From contig JASBUN010000051.1 in NCBI GenBank assembly GCA_030147845.1, positions 33,146 to 97,145 on the forward strand: 64,000 nt of DNA, in the 5' to 3' direction. Shown in pieces: positions 30,123 to 39,152 of the stretch. The DNA comes from Gammaproteobacteria bacterium (lineage in GTDB: Bacteria > Pseudomonadota > Gammaproteobacteria > JASBUN01). How positions within the stretch are numbered: the first letter of the stretch is position 1; each line of letters begins with the position of its first letter. Made by a program: the position numbers and the translations under genes. The notes beneath the pieces were generated by a model. The model was given only the letters and a program-made list of their open reading frames with translations, did no database searches and had not been told where the DNA came from.

Positions 30123-30689
30123 ATGCCTAAAGCCAGTGAATTGAAACGTGGCGCCGTGGTTGAACTCAACGGCCAGCCTCACATTGTCCGTAATGTCGAA
30201 TCGCGCAGCCCGTCGTCGCGTGGCGCGTCGACCTTATACAAGGTGCGGTTCAGTAATATGCAAACCGGCCAGAAGCTTGATCAAAGTCTCAAGGGCGATG
30301 ATTTTCTCAAGGAGGCCGACTGCGTCAAACGCTCGGTGCAGTTCCTGTTCCGTGATGGCGATGTTTTCACGTTCATGGATACTGAAGATTACAATCAATA
30401 TACCCTTAGCGCCGATGATCTCGACGATCAGACCGGCTACTTGGCGGATGGCCTGCAGGGCATTGTCGCCCTACTCAACGACGGCCGTATTCTCGCGCTC
30501 GAACTGCCGCAGGCCGTGGAGCTGGAAATCGTTGATACGGCGCCTGCGCTTAAAGGCGCGACCGCCAGTGGCCGTACAAAAACGGCGCGGCTGTCGACCG
30601 GAGTTGAGGTTCAGGTGCCGGAATACCTGGCCACCGGCGAAGTCGTGCGCATCAACACCGCGAACGGGAAATTCATGTCGCGTAGTTGA
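30123..30689 (+). CDS. yeiP: Elongation factor P-like protein EfpL/YeiP
   Basis: MPKASELKRG, loop SPSSRGASTLYKVRF (Arg tip), VQVPEYL; TATAAT upstream. Confidence 0.92.
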   Translation: MPKASELKRGAVVELNGQPHIVRNVESRSPSSRGASTLYKVRFSNMQTGQKLDQSLKGDDFLKEADCVKRSVQFLFRDGDVFTFMDTEDYNQYTLSADDLDDQTGYLADGLQGIVALLNDGRILALELPQAVELEIVDTAPALKGATASGRTKTARLSTGVEVQVPEYLATGEVVRINTANGKFMSRS

Positions 30690-30840
30690 ACCCGCGCGAT
30701 TGGTGGTAACCAATTGATCTCACAGCGATGCCGCGTCGTGACCGCATCCCCTCATACTAAAAAAATGTCTTAAATCAATAAAATATAATTGCTCTTGGCA
30801 GTAACGATATTTATATGTCAATATTTCGTCGCTATTCGGG

Positions 30841-30870
30841 TTGATATATTAGAAAATGCTAATATAATAG
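30841..30870 (+). promoter_or_regulatory. sigma70 promoter overlapped by a palindromic operator
   Basis: TTGATA-N18-TATAAT, with ATATATTAG-aaaatg-CTAATATAT at 30844-30867. Confidence 0.7.
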
Positions 30871-30930
30871 CATAAAGACTTAGGCGAGCTGTGGCTCGTT
30901 ACGTTTCTGTTTTCCGAGGAGGTAATCGAC

Positions 30931-31134
30931 ATGAGCGTTGATCGTATAGTTCTCGCCTTTGCGGGCACGGTTATCCTGTTGAGTTTGATTTTGTCGCAAG
31001 TGCATTCCGTCTATTGGTTGTGGGTGACGGCGTTCGTGGGCGCCAATCTATTGCAGAGCGCCATCACCGGATTTTGTCCGCTGGCCAAAATTCTCAAGGC
31101 GGTCGGCGTCAAGCCGGGCGTCGCATTCAATTAA
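30931..31134 (+). CDS. DUF2892/YgaP-like small membrane protein
   Basis: [25 protein letters not shown] motif. Confidence 0.9.
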   Translation: MSVDRIVLAFAGTVILLSLILSQVHSVYWLWVTAFVGANLLQSAITGFCPLAKILKAVGVKPGVAFN

Positions 31135-31299
31135 TTAGACCGGCCTAGCTCGGCCGTAAAGCCGCCCGCCGACGCCGGCGGCGGCGCGCCAAATCACCCT
31201 CGTTGTCGTGCGTAAGCCTCGTGCCGGTATTTCTCGGCACGATAGTTGCTCCGTGCATGGGTGACGCAAAATAATTGACGCCGCGTGGCGGGGAAAAGC

Positions 31300-31767
31300 A
31301 TGACTGAGACGGTAAAAATTCCGGTGTATAGCCTGCAAGGCGGCGTGCATCGTATCGAAATCTACCAGGAGTTGTCCGACGGCACGTTCCGGCGTACCGG
31401 TGAAGAGCCGCTGCGGGCGGTACGCGATATGATTTCCGGTTTGAGCGCGAGCATCGGCGAGTTGGTTTCCATCCAGTTTGATCGCAGTGCGCGCGTCTGG
31501 CGCGCGCCGACCATATTAGCTCGTGGTGAGCGGCCGCAGAGTGTGTATGAATTTCTACGCGGGCGGCTGCGGCGCCGGCGCCTGTTTGTGTTTAGCAAAC
31601 CATCTTTATCCGGGCGGCTGGTGCGCTTCGATGTTCAGGAGCTACAGTTGAAGTCAACCATCGCCACACAGATACTGACCACTATATCGCGGCGTTATTG
31701 TGAGGCCATCGATCTGTGGTTGGAGCATGGCGCCGACAGCGTGCCGGCGAAACGCGCGGCCGGCTGA
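31300..31767 (+). CDS. Hypothetical protein
   Basis: 155-codon ORF filling the intergenic space, protein-like composition; no family recognised. Confidence 0.6.
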   Translation: MTETVKIPVYSLQGGVHRIEIYQELSDGTFRRTGEEPLRAVRDMISGLSASIGELVSIQFDRSARVWRAPTILARGERPQSVYEFLRGRLRRRRLFVFSKPSLSGRLVRFDVQELQLKSTIATQILTTISRRYCEAIDLWLEHGADSVPAKRAAG

Positions 31768-31846
31768 GCATCGCCGCGATTCGGCTCGCCGAGCCGCTGG
31801 CTGCCGAGGCGGGCGCCCGAACCTATGTGGCGTAGCACGATGACGG

Positions 31847-32029
31847 TTATTTCGGTCCTAATACCAGACGGTGCCGGCTATCTGTGACGATACGCAGTGG
31901 CGTGATACTGTGCGCAAAGCGGTGCAGTATGCGCTGCGCTTCGTCATGTATAGCCTCGGCGTCGCCGGTCAATACAACGCCGTCTTGCGTGTATTCGATA
32001 CTGCATTCGGGGCTTGGGTTGTTTGCCAT
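31847..32029 (-). CDS. Hypothetical 60-aa protein
   Basis: SD-like GAGG upstream; plausible alpha/beta sequence. Confidence 0.5.
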   Translation of the reverse strand: MANNPSPECSIEYTQDGVVLTGDAEAIHDEAQRILHRFAHSITPLRIVTDSRHRLVLGPK

Positions 32030-32182
32030 GGTGATGGACCTCGTGCGTCCGCGACGGATGCCTCAAAGAGATCGTGACGCATCATCGCTAATGCCGGGAA
32101 GATTGTGCCGTTACCATAAAGTGTATGGCCGGTGAGACCTATTTCGACCTCCCAACTGGGATAGTTGCTCGTAGTTACCCTT

Positions 32183-34354
32183 CTACTTCGGGGTATCGGC
32201 CCCCGCCGCGGCGGGCGGCGCCAGCGGCGCACGGGGCGTGAGATGTAGCGGCGCCAGCGGCGCGTTGCCGTGCGCCAACCGTACTATCAGTGGCGAGTTG
32301 ACCACCGTCCACTGGCCTTTGAGGAAATTGGTTGGCGCATCATCACTAAAGGCCAGATAGCTATATTTTCCGTAGTGCGGCAATTTGCGCGCCAGTCCCG
32401 GTAGCGCGGCCGGATTATCGCATCCGAGCCAAGCCAGTCCGGCCTCGGGGTTGCGCGGCTGTCGGCCGACTAGCACTACGCTGGTGGTCTCGCGCGGCAA
32501 GGTTTGACCGACCGCATGTACCTGCTGATCATCCAGACTGACGCCTCGCGCGGCCAGCACGGCCGCAACGTCGGCGCGAAAGCGGTTACGCCAGCCGAGC
32601 ACCCATACGGGGCGATCAGTCGGTAAAACTTTCAAGTCGGTATCCCATACCACCTGGTCGGCGCGATCGGCCCATTGATCGGCCAAACTGCGATAGCCGG
32701 CGCGCAGATCGGGGGATGCCGCTGCCGGTAGTACGTACAGCGCATTGGTGGCGCCGAACAACTGACCAACCGACGGCGGTAGCTCGTCGCGATCGAGGAG
32801 CCGAAACACATCGAACCCTGGGTCGATCGCCAACCGCAACGGGCGGATCGGTACGTGTAGATCCAGTGTAGCGCGTCGGCCGCTCAAATTAACGCTCGTC
32901 ACCACCGCTGACTCGGCGCCTTCGATCTGCACCGCTACCGGCACACGCAGCGTGTAGTTAGGGCCGCTTTGGCTCTGTTCCAATATGCCGCGCACGCGGT
33001 AACCCGCGCCGTCGGATTGCACGCTTATATCGCGCACGCGTAGTTGCGGCGCTCCGGTGCGTTGCACCCATTGCTGGAAAAAACCGCCCAAGTGCTCGCC
33101 GCTGGCGCGCTCGAAGGCCGCTTGCAACTGGCGAAAGCCGGCGCGGCGGAACTTGTTGTCGCGATAAAAAAGGCGCAGGCCGGCGATAAACTTAGCGTCG
33201 CCGAGGCGACGACGCAGCATGTGGAAGAACATCGCGCCTTTGGCGTAGCCCACCGCCTGGCTGGCGTCGCCATGTCGACCGCGAAAACGCGCCAGCGGAA
33301 AGTCGCGGCCGTCGGCGACATAGTCGGCATACTGTTGCAGCGCGCCGCGCCGGTATTCGGCGCCCTGTCCGCGGCGTTCGGCCATGAGGTAGTCGGCTAA
33401 ATAAGTGGTCAGTCCTTCTGACCAGTTGCCATCGGCAAACTCGACGTAGACGCCGTTGCCCCACCAGTTGTGTAGAATTTCGTGCGGATAGGAGGAATCA
33501 ATGATGAAGGGCATCCGTATCACGCGCGAGCCGAGCAGCGTGAACGACGGCAGTCCGCTGCCGCTCTCCCAGAAATTTTCTACCAGCGCGAATTTCGCGT
33601 ACGGATAAGGGCCGATTAGACGACTGTAGAAATCCAGATATTGCGCCGTGGCGTCGAGGTAGCGTTGCGCCAAACCGGAGTCGGGCTTACGTAGTAGCAC
33701 CATGGCCGTACCCCACGGCGTTGATTGTTGGTACGAGTTGAGTACCGCCGCGCTTAGAACGATATCTTCCTGCGGCTGCGATTCGTGCCAGTGCGCGACG
33801 TTGTTGCCCGCTACGGCGTTGCCGGCGTCGCCGCCACCTTGGCTGACGGCACGCCAGGTGTCGGGCATTTGTACTTGCAGACGGAAGGTGCGCAGATCGT
33901 CGCCGAACCATGGATACCAGTAGCTGGCGCCATCCAAATACACGCCTGTCGTACTGATCCGGCCGTTGCCGGCCGCACTACCATCGGCGTTCCCATCGGT
34001 GTTATCGGCCGAACTGGTGATGCGCCCGCTGTACTCCAGGTCGACACTGTCGGCGCCAGCCGGTAGAGCGAGGCGGTATCGGCGTACCGGAACGCCGCCG
34101 TCCTGGTAGCTGTCGAGAGCGGTCAGGTGGACGTCGTTACCGACGACGTTGACGCGCAAGTGGGCGTGCAGCGCAAAGATCCAGCCGCGCGCCGGCGTTG
34201 GTGTCGGTAAGGTGATGTGATCGCGTACACTCAATTCGCCGCGCGCGGGCTGCAACGAAACGTGCAGATCGTGATTGATGACGGACGCTGCGGAGCTGGC
34301 CGTATACCATGACAAAAGCGCTGCAAGGAGCAACGTTCGGACCGGATTACACAC
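32183..34354 (-). CDS. Secreted M1-family (gluzincin) aminopeptidase
   Basis: Signal peptide; YPYAKF; HEILHNWWGN...WSEG (HExxH-x18-E); YAKGAMFFHMLR. Confidence 0.9.
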   Translation of the reverse strand: MCNPVRTLLLAALLSWYTASSAASVINHDLHVSLQPARGELSVRDHITLPTPTPARGWIFALHAHLRVNVVGNDVHLTALDSYQDGGVPVRRYRLALPAGADSVDLEYSGRITSSADNTDGNADGSAAGNGRISTTGVYLDGASYWYPWFGDDLRTFRLQVQMPDTWRAVSQGGGDAGNAVAGNNVAHWHESQPQEDIVLSAAVLNSYQQSTPWGTAMVLLRKPDSGLAQRYLDATAQYLDFYSRLIGPYPYAKFALVENFWESGSGLPSFTLLGSRVIRMPFIIDSSYPHEILHNWWGNGVYVEFADGNWSEGLTTYLADYLMAERRGQGAEYRRGALQQYADYVADGRDFPLARFRGRHGDASQAVGYAKGAMFFHMLRRRLGDAKFIAGLRLFYRDNKFRRAGFRQLQAAFERASGEHLGGFFQQWVQRTGAPQLRVRDISVQSDGAGYRVRGILEQSQSGPNYTLRVPVAVQIEGAESAVVTSVNLSGRRATLDLHVPIRPLRLAIDPGFDVFRLLDRDELPPSVGQLFGATNALYVLPAAASPDLRAGYRSLADQWADRADQVVWDTDLKVLPTDRPVWVLGWRNRFRADVAAVLAARGVSLDDQQVHAVGQTLPRETTSVVLVGRQPRNPEAGLAWLGCDNPAALPGLARKLPHYGKYSYLAFSDDAPTNFLKGQWTVVNSPLIVRLAHGNAPLAPLHLTPRAPLAPPAAAGADTPK

Positions 34355-34437
34355 AGAAGGCAGTTTTCCTGTAGTCGGGTGTTGGACGCATAGGTAAACG
34401 CGCTGGTGACTATGGAGCGGCCGGCATTTCGTCTACC

Positions 34438-35592
34438 ATGGCCGCTATGATACTGCAAATTGCCCGACTACTAGCGCCGTTTCTGCTGTTTTCTTTGGCG
34501 GCATGCCAAGCCATCGTGAAACCTGCGCCGGACTCCTCGCCGGTCGCTGGCGAGGTGCGCGTGGTGAACCTCGCGCAGCTTCAAACGCTGGCGGAAATTA
34601 TGCCGGCGCTGTCGCAGAAGCGCGTGGTATTCGTCGCCGAAGTGCACGTACAACTTGCACACCACCAAAACCAGCTGCGGGTCATTCGGCGGCTATATGC
34701 CCGGCATCCGGATATGGCGATTGGGCTGGAGTGGTTTCAACAGCCATTTCAGCCGGCGCTGGACGATTTTGTCGCCGGCCGCATCGATGAATCCACTATG
34801 TTGAGGCGTACCCAGTATTTCCGGCGCTGGGGCTACGATTACCGCTTATATGCGCCGATACTCCGTTTCGCGCGCCGACACCGTATCCCCTTGGTCGCGT
34901 TGAACCTGCCCAGCGAAATTACCCGCCAAGTCGGAGCCGCCGGCTTGGGTAGTTTGAGTGCGCAGCAGCGTGCGCAAATTCCGACGCATATCGACCGCTC
35001 CGACGTGGCTTATCGGCAGCGCCTGCGCGACGTGTTCGCGCATCACCCACATGCCGGGAAGGCCGATTTCGAACGTTTTTACGAGGTGCAGCTGCTGTGG
35101 GATGAGGGTATGGCGGCACGCGCCGCGCACTATCTAAAACAACATCCGGCGCGCCGTATGGTGATTCTTGCCGGTGACGGCCATGTGCGCTGTGGCTCGG
35201 GTATTCCCGCGCGCTTGGCGCGCCGCCTGCCGCTGACGCAGGCCATCGTGCTCAATGGCGCGGGCGGTGGGATCGCGCCCGCGGCCGGCGATTATCTGCT
35301 GTTGTCGTCGCCGCAACAGTTGCCGCCGCCCGGTCGACTCGGTGTGGTGCTCACGCGCGACGCGGGCGGCGTGCGTTTGACCCAGATCGAACCCGGCGGT
35401 GCGGCACAGGCCTCCGGACTGCGTGTCGGCGATGACCTGATTCGGCTCAATGGGCGCGCCGTGCGCACACCATCGGACGTGCGCATTGTCCTATGGAACA
35501 AGCGCCCCGGTGACGCGATGGAGGTCGTTGTGCGGCGTGGCGATAGCATCCACGCGAGCGCAACCGTGACCGCGCAGATACGTTTGCGCTGA
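34438..35592 (+). CDS. ChaN-family (EreA/TIKI-like) lipoprotein with C-terminal PDZ domain
   Basis: Lipobox LAAC; VAEVH...HHQNQ, GLEWFQ, WGYDYRLY, QLLWDEGMA, AGDGH; PDZ GLRVGD. Confidence 0.85.
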   Translation: MAAMILQIARLLAPFLLFSLAACQAIVKPAPDSSPVAGEVRVVNLAQLQTLAEIMPALSQKRVVFVAEVHVQLAHHQNQLRVIRRLYARHPDMAIGLEWFQQPFQPALDDFVAGRIDESTMLRRTQYFRRWGYDYRLYAPILRFARRHRIPLVALNLPSEITRQVGAAGLGSLSAQQRAQIPTHIDRSDVAYRQRLRDVFAHHPHAGKADFERFYEVQLLWDEGMAARAAHYLKQHPARRMVILAGDGHVRCGSGIPARLARRLPLTQAIVLNGAGGGIAPAAGDYLLLSSPQQLPPPGRLGVVLTRDAGGVRLTQIEPGGAAQASGLRVGDDLIRLNGRAVRTPSDVRIVLWNKRPGDAMEVVVRRGDSIHASATVTAQIRLR

Positions 35593-35728
35593 GCCGCACG
35601 CCACCGCTAAAGACCTGTGAGATATAGGGATAATAGCCGGCGGCATTGGTCGACGGTGGGGCTTCCATGCTAAGCTTGCGCTCCCCCGAAGACGGCATCG
35701 CATGCCCGTGGCGCGGTAGAGGAAACCA

Positions 35729-36043
35729 ATGGCAGACCAGTTCGTAAAGGTGGCGGAGATTGACGCTATTCCGCCCGGCAAAATGTTATGTGTGGCGCTG
35801 CCGACCGGCCGGATGCTGTTGGCCAACGTCGATGGCCGGATTGTCGCCGCCGACGACATGTGCACCCACGAAGACGCGTCGCTGACGACCGGCTCGCTGA
35901 AGAGTCACTATGTCAAATGCCCGCTGCACGGCAGCCGCTTCGATTTATTCACCGGTGAGGCCATGGATGAACCGGCCGAACAGGCGCTGCGTATCTATGA
36001 CGTCAAGATCGACGGCGTAGATATTCTGGTGAAAATCGACTAA
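35729..36043 (+). CDS. Rieske-type [2Fe-2S] ferredoxin
   Basis: CTH...CPLHGSRFD. Confidence 0.92.
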   Translation: MADQFVKVAEIDAIPPGKMLCVALPTGRMLLANVDGRIVAADDMCTHEDASLTTGSLKSHYVKCPLHGSRFDLFTGEAMDEPAEQALRIYDVKIDGVDILVKID

Positions 36044-36066
36044 CGCACATCGATACAGGAGTTAAC

Positions 36067-37194
36067 ATGAGCACCTCAGCAGAGAACATATCAGCCGATC
36101 CGCGTGCGTTGATGCGTTCGATTATTCAACGCATCGCCACTGGACCGGAGCTGAGTAAGGACATCTCGCGTGAAGAGGCGTACGCCGGCATGCGGCTGAT
36201 CCTCGATGGTGAGGCCGATCCGGTACAGGCCGCGATCTTCCTGATTGCCTTGCGTATGAAACGTGAAACCGATGACGAGAATCTCGGCGTACTGGAGGCG
36301 ATCCGCGACGCGACCGAAACCGTAACCGCGGCGGTCGACGAGGTGGTGATCATTTCCGATCCGTACGACGGTTACAATCGTACTTTGCCGGCATCACCCT
36401 TTTTGCCTTTGGTGCTCGCCGAACTGGGTGTGCCGACGCTGAGCGAGGGCGTCGAGACGGTGGGTCCCAAATACGGTCTGACGCATCGGCAGGTATTGCG
36501 CGCAGCCGGTGTGGCGGTCGACCTGACGCCGACCGAGGCGGCCGCGCGTCTCGCTGACGAGCGCATCGGTTGGGCCTATGTCGATCAGAGTCGATTCTGC
36601 CCGAAGCTGCACGCGTTACTGGATTTGCGCAGCAAAATCGTCAAACGCCCGGCTATTACCACCGTGGAAGTGCTTACCGGTCCCGTGCGGGGCCGCCAGA
36701 AGACTCATCTGATTAGTGGCTACGTGCACAAGCCCTACCCGCGCCTGTACTCCCTATTGGCCCGTCACATGGACTTCGATTCGCTGCTGCTGGTGCGCGG
36801 GGTGGAGGGCGGTGTTATCCCGTCTTTGCGCCAAGCAGGCCGCTGCGTCTATTACCACGATAAAGGTGAAGAGCAGGGTTTGGATATGAACCCGGTAGAT
36901 TTGGGCATCGTGCAAAACGTACGCGCCGCGCCGCTACCGGAAGACTTGCCGAAGGCGGAGCAGAAGGGTGATGAAATCGCCATCGGCGTCGATATGCGCG
37001 CGTTGGCGACCGTCGCCGCTGATGCCGGCCGCGATGCGCTCCAGGGCAAAGCCGGGCCTATATATGATGGTTTGGTCTATAGCGGGGCGCTGATTTTGCA
37101 ACATCTGCATCGCTACGATTCGCTACCGAGCGCCGCTGCTGCGGTACGTCGAGTGCTCGATTCGGGCACCGCGCTGTCGCGCTTGCGCAACTGA
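36067..37194 (+). CDS. Anthranilate phosphoribosyltransferase-like (GT3/YbiB-like) protein
   Basis: QAAIFLIALRMKRET helical domain, GYVHKPY, RGVEG; lacks the TrpD GTGGD loop. Confidence 0.75.
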   Translation: MSTSAENISADPRALMRSIIQRIATGPELSKDISREEAYAGMRLILDGEADPVQAAIFLIALRMKRETDDENLGVLEAIRDATETVTAAVDEVVIISDPYDGYNRTLPASPFLPLVLAELGVPTLSEGVETVGPKYGLTHRQVLRAAGVAVDLTPTEAAARLADERIGWAYVDQSRFCPKLHALLDLRSKIVKRPAITTVEVLTGPVRGRQKTHLISGYVHKPYPRLYSLLARHMDFDSLLLVRGVEGGVIPSLRQAGRCVYYHDKGEEQGLDMNPVDLGIVQNVRAAPLPEDLPKAEQKGDEIAIGVDMRALATVAADAGRDALQGKAGPIYDGLVYSGALILQHLHRYDSLPSAAAAVRRVLDSGTALSRLRN

Positions 37195-37228
37195 TTGTGC
37201 CGGGCGGATCGCTGCGCGGGTGGTGGTT

Positions 37229-37364
37229 TAGGAGAGTATGATCCGGGCTGTTCGCGTTACTCGATCCAGGCGATGATGGCGCGGCGAGAAGCGGCGAAAA
37301 AGCGCAGTTTACGCGCGTAAATGGACATTCGGCGCCGCCGTGCGGATTAATCAGTGCTTTCCTA
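37229..37364 (-). mobile_element. MITE-like element carrying the same core, with different imperfect TIRs
   Basis: Minus-strand core AATGTCCATTTACGCGCGTAAACTGCGCTTTTTCGCC; ends TAGGAGAGTATGAT / AATCAGTGCTTTCCTA; terminal CTA is the gpmA stop. Confidence 0.6.
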
Positions 37365-38117
37365 GGCTTTGGAGGGTGCCGCCGCCTGTTGCTCGACGGC
37401 ATGCTGCGCCGCGCGCACCTGTTCGTCATCGGCTAAATAATAGTGCGTCATCACCCCCAGGCTGTCGTCGAATTCGTACACCAGCGGGATGCCGGTGGGG
37501 ATGTTCAGTTCCATGATGTCGCTGTCAGATATGTCGTCGAGCTTCTTCACCAACGCCCGTAACGAGTTGCCGTGAGCGACCACCAATAGGCGCTTACCTT
37601 CGCGCAAGCGCGGAAGAATGCACTGATCCCAGCATTCGAGCGCGCGTTTCATGGTGTCCTGTAGCGACTCCGTGTAGGGCAGCCGGGTTGGATCGATATG
37701 GGCGTAGCGCACATCATGATGTGGTATGCGCGCGTCGGTTGCGCTCATGGCTGGCGGTCGAACCGCGAAGCCGCGTCGCCACTGGTGTACTTGTTCCTCG
37801 CCGTAGTGTTCGGCGGTCTCGATTTTGTTCAGTCCTTGCAGCGCGCCGTAGTGGCGTTCGTTCAGACGCCAGTCCTTGTCTATCGGGATCCACATCAAGT
37901 CCATGACATCTTGCACGATCCATGACGTACGGATGGATCGTTTCAGCACGGACGTAACGGCGTGATCAAATTGATAGCCATCGCGTTTCAGCGCAGCCCC
38001 GGCGGCGCGCGCTTCCTTTACGCCGCGTGGCGACAGATCGACATCGGTCCAACCCGTGAATCGCTTCTCGCGGTTCCAGGTACTCTCGCCGTGACGAATA
38101 AAAACAACCTTGATCAT
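37362..38117 (-). CDS. gpmA: 2,3-bisphosphoglycerate-dependent phosphoglycerate mutase
   Basis: RHGESTWN..RFTGWTDV, LNERHYGALQG, AHGNSLRAL, LNIPTGIP. Confidence 0.97.
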   Translation of the reverse strand: MIKVVFIRHGESTWNREKRFTGWTDVDLSPRGVKEARAAGAALKRDGYQFDHAVTSVLKRSIRTSWIVQDVMDLMWIPIDKDWRLNERHYGALQGLNKIETAEHYGEEQVHQWRRGFAVRPPAMSATDARIPHHDVRYAHIDPTRLPYTESLQDTMKRALECWDQCILPRLREGKRLLVVAHGNSLRALVKKLDDISDSDIMELNIPTGIPLVYEFDDSLGVMTHYYLADDEQVRAAQHAVEQQAAAPSKA

Positions 38118-38196
38118 GGAGTTCTCCAGATTACTTAACGATTGCACATACGGCCGCCCGCCGCGGTCTTGGCGCTACCCATATGGTTAAACCATT

Positions 38197-38212
38197 AGCA
38201 TTAACTGTGCCA
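38197..38212 (-). promoter_or_regulatory. sigma54-like promoter upstream of gpmA
   Basis: Minus strand TGGCACagttaATGCT, 80 bp upstream of the ATG. Confidence 0.6.
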
Positions 38213-38458
38213 TGAGTAAGTGGCGCGGCGGCGGCGCGAAAGCGCGGTAATCAGCGCAAGTCCGGCGCATAATACGCCGAATTGATGCGCCGGGGGAGGG
38301 CGCTTGCGACGTGGGCGCGTCCCATTATGTGCATGTCCGGGCTCGAGCTGGAACGATCGGCTACTAGTATAGTGCTTTTTGAATACACAATGTAGGCGGG
38401 GTTTCGGTGGCTGGGAGCTTACACGGTACTGGCGGCGCGTTAACGGAGTAATGGCGCT

Positions 38459-39028
38459 CTACAATGAATCAATCCATTGTTGTATGCGATCGGCTTCCCG
38501 TTGCAAGAATTGCGCATCTTTGTAGGTGTTGGCGATCAGCGCCGCACCTTGTGTGGCAGCGAGCAAATGCAAGGTCAAATCGGCCGCGTCGTCCCGTGTG
38601 TAGCGAAGTTGCTCGAAGTGGCGTTCCAGCCAGTCGCGGTACAGATCAAACATGCGTGTGGCATGCGCGTGCAACTCCGGTTGGGTTTTGCATAGTTCGA
38701 GATTGAGCGAGCCCATTGGACAGCCGTAGCGCACAATGACCGCGTGTTCACGATGGAGCATATCGACAAAACGCCGCAGGCAGTCACGTGCATCGCTTAG
38801 TTCGTCATCCCAAAGTTGTAACTGTGCCTGAATCGCTTGCAGGCGATGCTCCACGACAGCGGCGAGAATGTCGTTTTTACACTTGAAATAGTAATAGAAA
38901 TTACCCTTCGGCACATTGGCGGCAGCGGCAATATCGCTGAACGAGGTTTGATTGAAGCCCCGGCGATAGAACAGTTGATGCGCGGTGCCGACGATGTGCT
39001 TGCGAACGGTTTCGCCCTTACTTTTCAT
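38459..39028 (-). CDS. TetR/AcrR-family regulator (NemR/LmrA-like)
   Basis: GFNQTSFSDIA...KGNFYYYF HTH; GCPMG. Confidence 0.92.
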   Translation of the reverse strand: MKSKGETVRKHIVGTAHQLFYRRGFNQTSFSDIAAAANVPKGNFYYYFKCKNDILAAVVEHRLQAIQAQLQLWDDELSDARDCLRRFVDMLHREHAVIVRYGCPMGSLNLELCKTQPELHAHATRMFDLYRDWLERHFEQLRYTRDDAADLTLHLLAATQGAALIANTYKDAQFLQREADRIQQWIDSL

Positions 39029-39152
39029 TGCATCGCTACAGGTAGTGAGATTCGCTGCATGGCTAGCGTACCAAAATACACGACGGCAATCGCCGCGGCC
39101 AATACGGGTACAGTATACCCCGTGATGATCGCTTCGGAGGGGTTCAATTCAC

